A stretch of 64,000 nt of DNA, from positions 310,001 to 374,000 of the forward strand of contig NW_027590205.1 of NCBI RefSeq assembly GCF_964213995.1, written 5' to 3'. A model generated the notes under the pieces. That model had not been told where the DNA came from, made no database searches, and worked only from the letters and a program-made list of their open reading frames with translations. The DNA is from Mustelus asterias. Its lineage: Eukaryota. The position numbers were made by a program, and so were the translations under genes. Shown in pieces: positions 1-12,112 of the stretch (position 1 is its first letter; each line of letters opens with the position of its first letter).

Positions 1-1271
1 GTGGGTTGGTAAAGGGTCCGTGGGCATCAATAAGAAAGAGCTCTCAATTGTTACCGGCTGTGCTGCTACCTAATGTCACCAACATTATTTAATGACTATT
101 GAGTTCAAACGTATTGCATATAATAATGTATATATGCTTTCATTATACTATTAAACTTTTATTTGTGGCTGAGCATTTGTTCCAATTCCATATTCCTGTT
201 CCCAGACATTGCTGCATAGATCAGAAATCTGTCTAACCCAGACTGAAATGTGTTCGATGATGGAGCATCTACAAGCCTCTGGCGTCGAGAATTCCGAAGA
301 TTCCCAACATTTTGAGTGAAGCAATTTCTCCTCACCTCGGGCCTAAATCATCAGCCGCTTATCCTGAGATTGTGTCCCGTGCTTTAGATTCCGGGACCAA
401 GGTACATATTATCTCAGCATCTACTTACGTGGAATCAGAGAATCCCCCAGTACAAAAGGGGACCATTCGGTACACAAGATATACCGATAACAATCCCACC
501 TACACTTTAGCCCCGTCACACCACGTATTCACCTTGCTAATCCCTCTGATACGGAGATGCACTTAAGCATGGCCAATCCACCGAACCCACACATCTTTAG
601 ACCGTGGGAGGAAAGTGGAATACCGAGAAAGAAATGCACGCAAAGGGAAAACCTGCAAATTCCACACAGACAGTCAGGTGAGACCGGAACTGGTCCCTGA
701 TACTGTGAGGCATCAGTGCTACACTCAGTCAGTACTGTGTACGTTTCATTGAGATCTCCTGTCATTCTGCGAAGATCCAGAGAATTTCAGTTCAATTCCG
801 TCAGCCTGTCATCACACGGTAACGCCCTCATCCCAGAGAAGAATCTAGTGAACCTTCGCTGTACTGTCTCCCATAAATGTATAGCCTACTCTGACGAAGG
901 GTCATCCTGACTCAAAGCGTTGACTTTATCTTCTCCCCACAGATGCTGTAAGACCTGTTATGATTTTGCTGCATGTTCTGTTTATGATTCAGTTAGCAAC
1001 ATCCTCACTATTTTGTTATTAATCTGTCTTAAATATGGAGATCCAAACTGCACTGACTATTCCAGATGTGGTCTCAACAAAACCCCGAATAACTGTCGCA
1101 AGAGTTCAAACACTTCAAAACTTAACTCCGTGCTGAAGGCTGGAAGAAGAGAGTGACAGTGGATAATTGGCACTGTGTACATTCCTGTAATCAGTCGCTG
1201 GGATAATCAGGAAGATGAGATATCTGTGTTTCTTTGTACTGTCATCCCTAAGCTCCATCTCCTCTCTTTAC

Positions 1272-1425
1272 CATGTGTTTTACACTCCCTGCCCATGCTT
1301 TCCAGGTGAAGTTCAGGTTCACCAACTGTCGGTGTCTGTATCAAGCAGCAAGTTGACCCTGGGAGCTGGACAACCAGAGGGAGCTGGATGAGAAGCAGCG
1401 ACAGAAACAGGGGGAGAGGTGGCAT
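1272..1425 (-). CDS. Candidate first exon of an unidentified secreted or membrane protein
   Basis: caacATG, MPPLPLFLSLLLIQLPLVVQ..., 154 bp ending in a phase-1 donor G|GTAAAG. Confidence 0.3.
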
Positions 1426-1533
1426 GTTGATGTTTCGTAAATGACTTGTGTCAGTTGCTCTCCGTGATGAATACCTACCGTGTGTTACCTTGTAACTTTC
1501 ACAGGAGCCACAGTGATGAGTTTGGTGGGTTTT

Positions 1534-1546
1534 GGAAACTGAAAGT
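1534..1546 (-). promoter_or_regulatory. ISRE/IRF-E motif
   Basis: GGAAACTGAAAGT fits GAAANNGAAA; it lies ~110 bp upstream of a signal-peptide-like ATG. Confidence 0.4.
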
Positions 1547-1781
1547 GCCACATGAGCTGCTTGCGGGACTACAGTGAGGCATTATTTCACTACACTGTAG
1601 ATTTCATGTTCCAGCTAACATGAATCACTGTTTTCATTGGCTGATGCAGTCAATGTGGCCTTCAATCTAAACACCACAGTTTAAAGGAGAAACTTGTTTT
1701 CAGTGAAAAGAAAGTCTGAAATAAATATAGCAGGAAGACGGTTCATGGCTAAATTAGTTTTTTAAGGAGCTTGCATCAACT

Positions 1782-1853
1782 TCCCTGCTGGTCCAGTGGT
1801 GAGGATTCGGCGCTCTCACCACCGTGGCCCGCGTTCGATTGCCGGTCCGGGAA
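1782..1853 (+). tRNA. tRNA-Glu(CTC), probably pseudogene
   Basis: tccctgctggtccagtggtgaggattcggcgctctcaccaccgtggcccgcgttcgattgccggtccgggaa; several stem mismatches versus vertebrate tRNA-Glu. Confidence 0.82.
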
Positions 1854-2431
1854 CGTAGATTGATTGGTGTGTAACAACCCTGCGTGATTTCATAGTCAGC
1901 ACCAGTTCTGTCGCAATCCGTACCTGGGATATTCCCTGTTTTGCGTCTGAATTGGAAATGTGGAATGTCAAGAACAAAAAAAAAGAGAGCGATAGGCTGC
2001 AAAGCGCTGACGATAGAAATGGTGATGCGGGTTAACATCTGACTGTTAATGGGGTAGATTTTATTGTTTCTAATGACACAAATATCTTGCAGATCTGGGT
2101 ACAAATCTCGGCCTCAATGACAAGAAAACCTTTAATTAACAGAGTGAAGTAGAGGCAGTTTTCACTCAGAAACCAGCAACTGTGAGATTAACTGCGCGGG
2201 ATGGAGAAAGACTGAGTTTGAGCGGAGAAACTGCGGGAGAAATGGAGAGCGGGAGTTCACCCAGAAAAGCAGCAAAGTTTAAAAGCAATGGCGCCCAACG
2301 TGCGACGGTCCATTAACGGTGGTAAGTTAATGTTGTTTAGCAGAATTACCACAAGATGGTTTACCACAGGTTGATTCGAACACTGCTCTTTGAATGCAGG
2401 GAGCTGCAGTAAAATTGAATGCAGTAAAAAG

Positions 2432-2730
2432 GACGGCACGGTGGCAAGTAGTTAGCACTGATGCCTCACAGCGCCAGGAATACAGGTTCAATTTCTCGGG
2501 CCACTGTGTGTGCGCAGTTTGCACGTTCTCTCCGTGTCTGCGTAGGTTTCCTCCGGGTGTTCCGGTTTCCATTCCAAAGATGTGTGGGTTAGGTTGACTG
2601 GCCATGCTAAATTGACCCTCGTATCAGCGGGATTAGCAAGGTAAATATGTGGGTTTACGGGAAGAGCGTGGGTGGGATTGTTGTCGCTGCGGGCTCGATG
2701 GGTCAAACGGCCTCCTTCTGTACTGGAGGA
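2432..2730 (+). mobile_element. HE1-type tRNA-derived SINE
   Basis: ggcacggtggc..gttagcactg head, gtttgcacgttctc core, ggccatgctaaattg. Confidence 0.85.
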
Positions 2731-2903
2731 ATCAAAAGAGGCAATGCAAATATAAATTGTTTTAGGTAATTGACGCGATTGTGGAATGAGGCGGATTTTT
2801 CTCTCTGCTCTTCAAACTGGCAGAAATATCGCTCATGTCTTCGATCAGGAAGTAATTCCAACTCTGCTTAAACCATGTGCTTCAACAAAACAATAAATCT
2901 TAT

Positions 2904-2968
2904 TTCCCTGACCGGGAATCGAACAGCTGCATGAAAGCGCCGAATAATAACAACCAGATCAGCAGGGA
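2904..2968 (-). tRNA. tRNA-Glu(TTC) pseudogene with internal deletion
   Basis: Reverse complement TCCCTGCTGATCTGG...ATTCGGCGCTTTCA...GTTCGATTCCCGGTCAGGGAA. Confidence 0.72.
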
Positions 2969-3699
2969 AACTGCCTGCAAGAATTTTAATCTAATAGAGC
3001 GAATTTGGCGCTCTATTACCAGTTCAGCAGGTTTATTTTGTATACCAGGAACAATTCTGTCTGACAAGTGCCTCTTGATATAAAGACATTTACTGTGGAT
3101 GCTGGAATCTGAAACAAGAATAGAAAATGCTGGAAAATCTCAAAAGGTCTGAAAGCATCTGTGAAGAGAGAATGGAATTAACGTTCAATGTCTGGATGAC
3201 CGTTCGTCAGAGCTGAAGACAAATAATTTAGGACGAGATTTATACTGTACTGGTGAAGGGTTTGGGTGTGGGGTGGGTGACAAACGTGTCACATATAAAT
3301 AACAAAACAAAGGGAATTTAAATGGTGGTGATCATGGCTAAGAAGGCTGCTCATTCAGAGATCAGAATGTGTAAATAGCAGGACAAAGGAAATGTAAGAG
3401 ACGGCCCGAGTGGGGTGGAGGGAGAGGGGGCAACAAAATAGAAAGTGAGATTTTAAATAAACAGTGCATAAAATGGAAATTAAATGATGAATATATATGT
3501 ATAAAAGAAGATATAAAGAATAAAAATAAATAAATAAGCCAAGATGAAACAAAACAAAATAAGTGGAAATGGGGTGAAGATGGAGGAGAGGAGATGTTCT
3601 GAAGTTGTTGAACTCAATGTTCAGTCCGCAATGCAGGATTTGACCTGATTTTTGTAAAGTGGGCACTCTTGCGCAAATTGTATCATTGGTGGTTAGAAC

Positions 3700-3880
3700 T
3701 TAAGAATATAAGAACTAGGAACAGGAGTAGGCCATCTGGCCCCTCGGGCTTGCTCCGCCATTCAATATGATCATGGCTGATCTTTTTTATGGACTCAGCT
3801 CCAGTTACCCGCCTGCTCACCGTAACCCTTAATTCCTTTACTGTCCAAAAATGTATCTATCCTTGCCTTAAAGACTTAGA
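3700..3880 (-). mobile_element. CR1 3' end fragment
   Basis: Reverse complement of the tail type seen at 38450-38520 and 50270-50350. Confidence 0.7.
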
Positions 3881-3974
3881 TGCCAGTGTTGTGGCTGAGG
3901 AACAGCTTAGCTAAGTTTGTGGCAAGTTCTGAAGCGCAATTCTTCAGCACCATTGCCAGAATATTTCTTCAGGG

Positions 3975-4890
3975 CTGTAGTATTGCTGATGACACCAAGA
4001 TTGGTGGAGTAGTGGATGAGGTGGACGGCTGTTGTAGGCTGCAAAGAGACATAGATATAATGCAAGGCTGTGCTGAAAAATAGCAAATGGAGTTTAACCC
4101 TGATAAATGTGAGGTGATTCATTTTGGTAGGACTAATTTAAATGTGGATTACAGGGTCAAAGGTAGGGTTCTGAAGACTGTGGAGGAACAGAGAGATCTT
4201 GGGGTCCATATCCACAGATCTCTAAAGGTTGCCACTCAAGTGGATAGAGCTGTGAAGAAGGCCTATAGTGTGTTAGCTTTTATTAACAGGGGGTTGGAGT
4301 TTAAGAGCCGTGGGGTTATGCTGCAACTGTACAGGACCTTGGTGAGACCACATTTGGAATATTGTGTGCAGTTCTGGTCACCTCACTATAAGAAGGATGT
4401 GGAAGCGCTGGAAAGAGTGCAGAGGAGGTTTACCAGGATGCTGCCTGGTTTGGAGGGTAGGTCTTATGAGGAAAGGTTGAGGGAGCTAGGGCTGTTCTCT
4501 CTGGAGCGGAGGAGGCTGAGGGAAGACTTAATAGAGGTTTATAAAATGATGAAGGGGATAGATAGAGTGAACGTTCAAAGACTATTTCCTCGGGTGGATG
4601 GAGCTATTGCAAGGGGGCATAACTATAGGGTTCATGGTGGGAGATATAGGAAGGATATCAGAGGTAGGTTCTTTACGCAGAGAATGGTTGGGGTGTGGAA
4701 TGGACTTCCTGCAGTGATTGTGGAGTCAGACACTTTCGGAACATTTAAGCGGGTATTGGATAGGCACATGGAGCACACCAGGATGATAGGGCGTGGGATA
4801 GCTTGATCTTGGTTTCAGATAAAGCTCGGCACAACATCGTGGGCCGAAGGGCCTGTTCTGTGCTCTACTGTTCTATGTTCTATGTTCTAT
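3975..4890 (+). mobile_element. 5'-truncated CR1 LINE
   Basis: ORF 4087-4806 is an RT C-terminus; (TGTTCTA)n tail. Confidence 0.92.
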
Positions 4891-5552
4891 TTGCTCTTTC
4901 CAATGCTTCCAAATTTGTTTTTTTCTTGAAATCATAAGGAATGGTCAAATGTATCTGTTCCGTTCATTGTCTACCCCACTCTGTCTCTATATTTACCTCT
5001 TTGTCTCTGGATATCTGCCCTGGTCTTTCCCTCTATCAGTCTAACTATCCATTTCCCCTCTTTTGTTTTTGTTCCTTCTATTCTCTCCCTGTCTGGGTGG
5101 AATCAAGTTTCATTGATTTGATTTCTGAAATGAGGTAGTTGTTGAGCTGGGGATCTGTCTCGACTTTTAAATGGCAGAGGAGCCTCAATGGGACATGTGA
5201 TCCAATCCAACTCCATTAATTCTGTTCACTGCCAATACCAGCTCTGACAGCAATGACTTCTGCTGGTGTTGTTGATGTGAAGTCTATCGGACTAAATTTA
5301 GGATAGCGATGTTTGTGGAGGAGTGGGATCAAATCCCCCCACTGTCAGATTTCCACTTAAATTACTTCAAACGTTCTGAACACCTTTGATCAAGCATGTG
5401 ATTACTGGAATTGAATGCAATAAAATGTATCATCATTCATTTTGATTAGAAGAATCAGCAGAGACAATGCAAAGAGAGTAACTGACGATCTTGAAACGAG
5501 TTTAGTTGTTCCACCAGTTAGCCGGATCTGCTTCGCATGCATGCATCGCCGT

Positions 5553-5623
5553 TTTTCTGTCGTGTAGTGGTTATCACGTTGGCCTCACGCGGAAGCTCCC
5601 TGGTTCGAAACCTGGCAGAAACA
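5553..5623 (+). tRNA. tRNA-Val(CAC) pseudogene
   Basis: gtgtagtggttatcacgttggcctcacgcggaag...ggttcgaaacctggcagaaaca; small deletion in the anticodon arm. Confidence 0.78.
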
Positions 5624-5759
5624 TTTCCAAATGATTCTGATTTCAGAATTGTTCTCGTTTCGCACGAAAGATTAATTGAGCTGATGAGTTTTTCTGGCTT
5701 TTAAGACGGGAGTCACACAGTGAAGAAAGTAAATGGGAATGCCTGTGATAGCGAGCACG

Positions 5760-6127
5760 CCCTAGAAACCCTACAGTACAGAAAGAGACCATTCGGCTCA
5801 TCGAGTCTGCACCGACCACAATCCCACCCAGACCCTACTCCTATATCCCTACATATTTTACCCACTAATCCCTCTAACGTTCGCATCTCAGGACACAAAG
5901 GGGTAATTTGAACATGGCCAATCAACCTAAACCGCATATCTTTGGACTGTGGGAGGAAACCGGAGCACCCGGAGGAAACCCACGCAGACACGAGGAAAAT
6001 GTGCAAACTCCACACAGACAGTGACCCAAGCCGGGAATCGAACCCAGATCCACTGGAGCTGTGAAACCGCAGTGCTAACAACTGTGCTACCATCCCGCCC
6101 TCTAACCACTGTGCAACCGTGCCGCCC
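5760..6127 (-). mobile_element. HE1-type SINE
   Basis: Full SINE on the minus strand, with a duplicated 5' head. Confidence 0.88.
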
Positions 6128-6714
6128 GAGCAAGACAGGATGGATTAACTGACACAGTGAATGATGGACAAGGCCAACGTTGAGTGGTTCCCATTAGCTT
6201 TAAACATTGCTGCTTTCCCGGGTGAACTCCAGCTCTGCATTCCTCCAGCAGTATCACAACTCAAACTGAGGCTTCCTCTGTCCTCTTTGTGAATCTCACA
6301 ATTACTGCTTTCTGAATGAAGTCAAATAGTTTAGTGTTTAATAGAGTGAGAAGTTTTCTTGACATTTAGCCCGAGAGTTTTATCCAGAAATGTGTGATAT
6401 TTCTGTCAGTGCAAACGGTTAAATCTGATCCATTATCACCCAAATTTGAGCTTGTATCACCATCTCCATCGTCAGTGCTTTGCATCACAACACTGACTTT
6501 CACCAGCCGTGTTCGTTCTCAGCCTGTTACCCTTGTGACATTTCCAACTCGGAAGCATAACTACAAATCTCACTGCAGTAATGCTGACAGAGTTGCTTTC
6601 GACCAGGAAGTAATTCAGGATTGTTTATCAAAAACATTGATTTTTAACATATCGAAACCAGTCTGCGAACCTGCAAGCGCCGAACACGAATCACGAGAGC
6701 ACCAACATGGCAGG

Positions 6715-7203
6715 GCTGTTAGGAAAGTTACAGAACATTGAGATCTAGGAGTACATGGTCAGAGCTCATTGAAAGTGGAGGAACAGGTGGACATGATGGT
6801 GAAGAAGGCATTCTACATGCTCAGCTTCATTGGTCAGAACATTGAATACAGGAGTTGTACAAGACATTAGAATACTGTGTACATTTCTGGTCACCGTATT
6901 ATAGAAAGGATATTATTAAACTGGAAAGAGTGCAGAAAAGGTTTACGAGGATGCTCCCGGGATGGATGGTTTGCGTTATAAGGAGTGGTTGGATCGACTG
7001 GGGCTTTTTTTTCTGGAGCGTAGGAGGCTTACGGGTTATCTTATAGACGTCTATAAAATAATGTGGGGCATAGATCAGCTAGATAGTCAATATATTTTCC
7101 CAACTGTAGGGGAATCTAAAACTAGAGGCATAGGTTTAAGGTGAGAGCGGAGCGATACAAAATGGTCCAGAGGAGCATTTTTTTACACAAAGGGTCGTGA
7201 GTG
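6715..7203 (+). mobile_element. Degenerate CR1 RT fragment
   Basis: [31 protein letters not shown]. Confidence 0.85.
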
Positions 7204-7512
7204 TCTTGTTTTAAATAAATGTTACGTCCTTATGCACAGATATCTACCTCGTGAGTTTTATATTGTCTGTAGTCAAAGACAGTATTGGTCACCTCAAATT
7301 ATCCCACAACACTAGTCAAAATTTGGAAATTTGTAATCTATTATGCGCTTATGTGAAATACACATCAATCTCTTGGTTCAACCTCACGGTTTGCACCTCT
7401 GTTCTGTATGTGTTTTCTATCCAGCTTGTGGTATGCCTGCCTTGAAAGTATTTCATCGGACGATGTATAGAGAAATTCACTGTCAATACACGCTGTAGCG
7501 ACTGTGATAGTG

Positions 7513-7810
7513 TTTTTAAGAGGCAGTGCAAAGGAAACTATTTCCTGCCAAACACTGCCCTGCATCGCCGTTTGATGAAGCAGAGCCTTTGCTGTTTAGA
7601 GTTATCTGAAACTCGTCAGTGACAGAGTTTATGACTGAAATCACCGAGGTTCTCCTCAATCTTCATTCATTCTGTCTCTGGATTTTATCATAAAAAGGCA
7701 GAGATGAAGGTGTCTTTTCACGGATGGGTCACTGGATGGCGCAGTGACTCTTTCACGAAAGGATCTTGAGTTCAACCACATCCCACACATGACTGGGGGA
7801 ACATGCCTGT
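7513..7810 (-). pseudogene. Possible highly decayed V-like exon (copy A)
   Basis: Strong acceptor (cccctttcccag) and 298-bp length. Homologous to copy B, which shows V-framework-like fragments. Confidence 0.3.
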
Positions 7811-8376
7811 CTGGGAAAGGGGAGAAACCGTATAAGAGGGAAAATGGAGCGGAGTTGATGGGTTTTGGACAACTGAATTAAGTCAAGCCAGAGATGGTTC
7901 AATTTTTATTCAAAATTTATTTTCAAAATTCAGAGAATATTTTACAGTGAAATTATTTTTTTAAAGTTAGAAAAGTGAATATAATGATTGAGCTTCACTT
8001 TGAGAACAGAACACATGCACAGGGAATCGGTCAATATTTGTACATCTGTTACAGTATCTGATACAGATACAAGAGAAAACAGGACCTTAAAGAGGAATTA
8101 CAAATGTGAATAAGGAATGAGAAAAGTTTCTCATTTATACATGATATTTAAACGACGGGGAAACTATTAACCACAATTGCATTATAACACAAAATGGCTC
8201 GTATATTTCACACTGAAAACTGAAATAACGTCTATGATTGCCTCCGTTACAGATTCAGAATGATAAACTGAGAGAATATTACTGTTCGAGTCACCGAGAG
8301 CAGATATTGTATCTGTGTCATCCAGAGATCTTGATAATCAGCTGAGGGAAATCTGCAGCGTCTAAAATTCAACCCA

Positions 8377-8385
8377 TCATTTGAT
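8377..8385 (-). pseudogene. IGHM: Duplicated IgM TM2 exon (IK*)
   Basis: cttttacag|ATCAAATGA in the duplicated block. Confidence 0.78.
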
Positions 8386-8525
8386 CTGTAAAAGAAAGAT
8401 ACAAAAATGAAGCAGATGTTTGTGATGCGGGACATTAATGTTGGAATTTTTAATCAGTGAAACATTGAGAGATTTTTCAAATCCATTCTGCCAGTTTGAA
8501 ATGCGAGTGAATTGAATCATCTCAC

Positions 8526-8653
8526 CTTCACAAGACTGACCGCAGCGCTGTAGAAAATGCTCAGGAAGAACAGGACAATGAATGTGGAAGCGGTTGTCCA
8601 GATGTTGCTGTTCTCATCCTCATTGTCTTCAATCCAGATGCGGTCGGCGGCGT
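8526..8653 (-). pseudogene. IGHM: Duplicated IgM TM1 exon (distal copy, acceptor mutated)
   Basis: [42 protein letters not shown]. It differs at 8 of 128 bp from the proximal copy, and its acceptor is CG instead of AG. Confidence 0.9.
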
Positions 8654-9124
8654 CGAGGGGACAGAGACCAAGAAATTAGATCAGATTACTTTATTTATCC
8701 AGGGAATATTACTGTTAATTTTCTTTTCCCCGTTCTCCAACATAAGTTGTTAATTTATTCTCTTGTATAATTTTCAATGTATATCTACTGTTAAGTTCAG
8801 GACACTCAGTACCCGATCTCCATAACTATTTTCACACCTGATCTTTATTGACATTCCTTGGACAGTCCATGTCAGAAAGCACTGAAGATGTTTTCTTGAG
8901 TATCAGTTCATTTTTGAACAATTTGGCACTATCCCTTATTGAAAAATATTATGACTGATATCGAGGAACGTTCACTGATCAATGATTGTTTTCACAGATG
9001 GTTGCTGATCTGTAAACTGTGAATGCTGTTGTTTAAGAGCTAGGATGTAAATTCCGATCTGCGCTCCTTTATGGTGGAAATGTTTAGTAGATCATTAGTT
9101 TAATTCAGTTCCTCAACGTGTTTC

Positions 9125-11020
9125 AGTAATCTCTACCTCTCTCAGTTATTACAATCTGGACCTTGTTTCAATAATCTCTGTCATAAACCTCTCTCAGTTA
9201 TTACAATCTGGGCCTTTTATCAGCAATCTCTGCCCTAAACCTCTCTCAGTTATTACAATCTGGGCCTTTTATCAGCAATCTCTGCCCTAAACCTCTCTCA
9301 GTTATTGCAATCTGAGCCTTGCATCAGTAAACTGCCCTAAACTTCTCTCAGTTATAACAGCCTGGGCCTTGTATCAGTAATCTCTGCAATAAACGTCTCT
9401 TGGTTATTACAATCAGGGCCTTGTATCAGTCATCTCTGTCCTAAACCTCTCAGTTATTACAATCTGGGCCTCGTAAAAGTAAACTCTGTCCTAAACCTCT
9501 CTCATTTATTACAATCTTGGGCTTTGTATCAGTAATCTCTGCCCTAAACCTCTCTCAGTTATTACAATCTGGGCTTTGTATCAGTAATCTCTGCCATAAT
9601 CTATACACATTTAGAACTGGATACTCTTATTAGCGATAGACAACATGGTTTCTTCGAGGGAGGTCATGCCTCACAAATTTGGTTGAGTCTTTTGAGGAGG
9701 TGACAAAAATGATTGACGAGGGAAGGGCCGTGGATGTCGTCTACATGGATTTTAGTAAAGCATTTGACAAGGTCTCTCTTGGCAGGCTGGTGTAAAAGGT
9801 TAAATCTCACGGGATCAAAGGTGAACTAGCTAGGTCGGTACAGGACTGTCTTGGCCATAGAAGACAGAGGGTAGCAGTGGACGGGTCATTTTCTGATTGG
9901 AGGTCTGTGACTAGTAGTGTTCCGCAGGGCTCTGTACTGGGACCTCTCCTGTTTGTGATATATATATAAATGATTTGGAAGAAGGTATAGCTGGTCTGAT
10001 TCGTAAGTTTGCGGATGACACAAAGATTGCAGGAGTTGCGGATAGTGATGAACATTGTCAGAGAACAAAGCAGGATATAGATAGGCTGGAAAATTGGGTG
10101 GAGAAATGGCAGATGGAATTTAATCCAGATAAATGCGAAGTGATGCATTTTGGTAAATCAAATACAGGGGGGGAGCTATACAATAAATGGCAGAACCATC
10201 AGGAGTATAGACACACAGAGCGATCTGGGTGTGCAAGTCCGCAGATCCTTAAAGGTGGTAGCACAGGTGGAAAAGGTGGTGAAGGAGACATATGGCATGC
10301 TTGCCTATATTGGACGGGGCATCGAGTATAAAAGTTGGCATATGATGTTGCAGTTATATAGAACGTTGGTTCGGCCACATTTGGAATACTGCGTCCAGTT
10401 CTGGTCGCCACACTACCAGAAGGGCGTGGAGGCTTTGGAGAGAGTGCAGAAAAGGTTTACCAGGATGTTGCCCGGAATGGAGGGTATTAGCTATGAGGTG
10501 AGGTTGAGTAAACTAGGGTTGTTCTCCCTTGAAAGACGGAGTTTGAGGGGCGAACTAATAGAAGTTTATAAAATTATGAAGGGCATAGATAGGGTGAACA
10601 GTTGGAAGCTTTTTCCCAGGTTCAAAATGACAAACACAAGGGGTCACAAGTTCAAGGTAAGGGGGGAAAGGTTCAATACAGATATGCAGGGGCCGTATTT
10701 TACACAGAGGATGGTACAGGCCTGGAATGCACTACCAAGCAGGGTGGTTGAGGCAGACACGCAAGGATCATTAAGACTTATCTAGATAGCCACATGAACA
10801 GACTGGGAATAGAGGGATACGAACGGATTGTCTAGTTAGGAACACATGATCGGTGCAGGCTTAGAGGGCCGAAGGGCCTGTTCCTGTGCTGTATTGTTCT
10901 TTGTTCTTTGTTCATAAACCTCTCTCAATTATTACAATCTGGACCTTGTATCAGTAATCTCTGCACTGAACCTTTCTCAGTTATTACAATCTGGGCCTTG
11001 TGTCAGTAATCTCTGCACTT
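9125..11020. repeat. ~52-bp minisatellite (ctctctcagttattacaatctgggccttgtatcagtaatctctgccctaaac), split by a CR1
   Basis: About 9 units at 9125-9600 and 2 more at 10914-11020. Confidence 0.9.
9600..10913 (+). mobile_element. 5'-truncated CR1 LINE
   Basis: RT C-terminal ORF fragments ([17 protein letters not shown]) and a (TTGTTCT)n tail. Confidence 0.92.
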
Positions 11021-11679
11021 CAGCTGATTGGAGAATATCATTGTGAATATTACTGAGTTTGCGATGTAATATTTTACTGCTGCTGCCAATATGGCTATTT
11101 TTAATATATTTTCTGGGATTCTCCAGCCTCCCCTCAGCTGTTTTCTGGGCAGTGAGAGGTGACACGCCGTTCACTAGTGGAGGGAGTTTTTGGTCCTGTC
11201 GCTGTCGATGGGATTTCCCATTGAAGCCACCCCATGCTAGCGGGAAAGAGAGCAGAGAATTCACCACGAGTGAACAACCGGAGAATTCCGGACATTAGCT
11301 CCTTTCACAGTTATCAATGCACTCAACTCTGTCGCTGTTTATATTCTCAGTTGTCTCAGTTATTACTACATTACATCATGCTGCTGTGGACACCGCAATG
11401 AACCCTTTTTGCGTTCTTACTGTATTAATACCATGTACAGATTGATATTTCAATGGACAAATGTGCTGGGTTATATGAATATTTATTGATTCTTGTGATG
11501 TGGGTGTCAGCATTGATTGCCCATTCCTAATTGCCCTTTGAGAAGGTGGTGGTGAGCTGCCGTCTTGAATCACTGCTGTCTATGTGGTGTAGGTACACCC
11601 ACAGTGCTGTTAGGCAGGGAACCTGCTTAACTTATCACTGCATTTAACCATGTCACCCTTTATAGAAAAAATAAATTAG

Positions 11680-12112
11680 ACCAGTCCTCCTGGATTACTG
11701 CTCTGTAACATATCACTGTGTAATCCAACAATTAATCCAGTTCTCCTGGATTACTGCTCTGTAACATATCACTGTGTAATCCAACAATTAATCCAGTTCC
11801 CCTGGATTACTGCTCTGTAACATATCACTGTGTAATCCAACAATTAATCCAGCTCTCCTGGATTTCTGCTCTGTTACATGTCACTGTGTAATCCAACAAT
11901 TAATCCAGTTCACCTGGATTTCTGCTCTGTAACATATCACTGTGTAATCCAACAATTAATCCAGCTCTCCTGGATTTCTGCTCTGTTACATGTCACTGTG
12001 TAATCCATCAATTAATCCAGTTCACCTGGATTTCTGCTCTGTAACATATCACTGTGTAATCCAACAATTAATCCTGTTCTCCTGGATTTCTGCTCTGTGA
12101 TATTTCACTGGG
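11680..12112. repeat. 56-bp minisatellite, ~7.5 units
   Basis: ctctgtaacatatcactgtgtaatccaacaattaatccagttctcctggattactg is repeated; CACTGTG recurs every 56 bp from 11714 to 12050. Confidence 0.93.

Larger units (their letters stand above)
7205..9123. repeat. Segmental duplication, copy A (TM1-TM2-3' flank); copy B is 13200-17135 with a Penelope insertion
   Basis: Colinear similarity, e.g. 7221 gttacgtccttatgcacagata vs 13214 ggtacgtccttatacagagata. Both copies end at ctcaacgtgttt. Confidence 0.9.

Noticed and set aside
1509-1540. CACAGTG as an RSS
   Set aside because: No correctly oriented nonamer at 12 or 23 nt.
9125-12112. CRISPR-like arrays
   Set aside because: The units are wholly repeated with no unique spacers, in a vertebrate genome; these are minisatellites.
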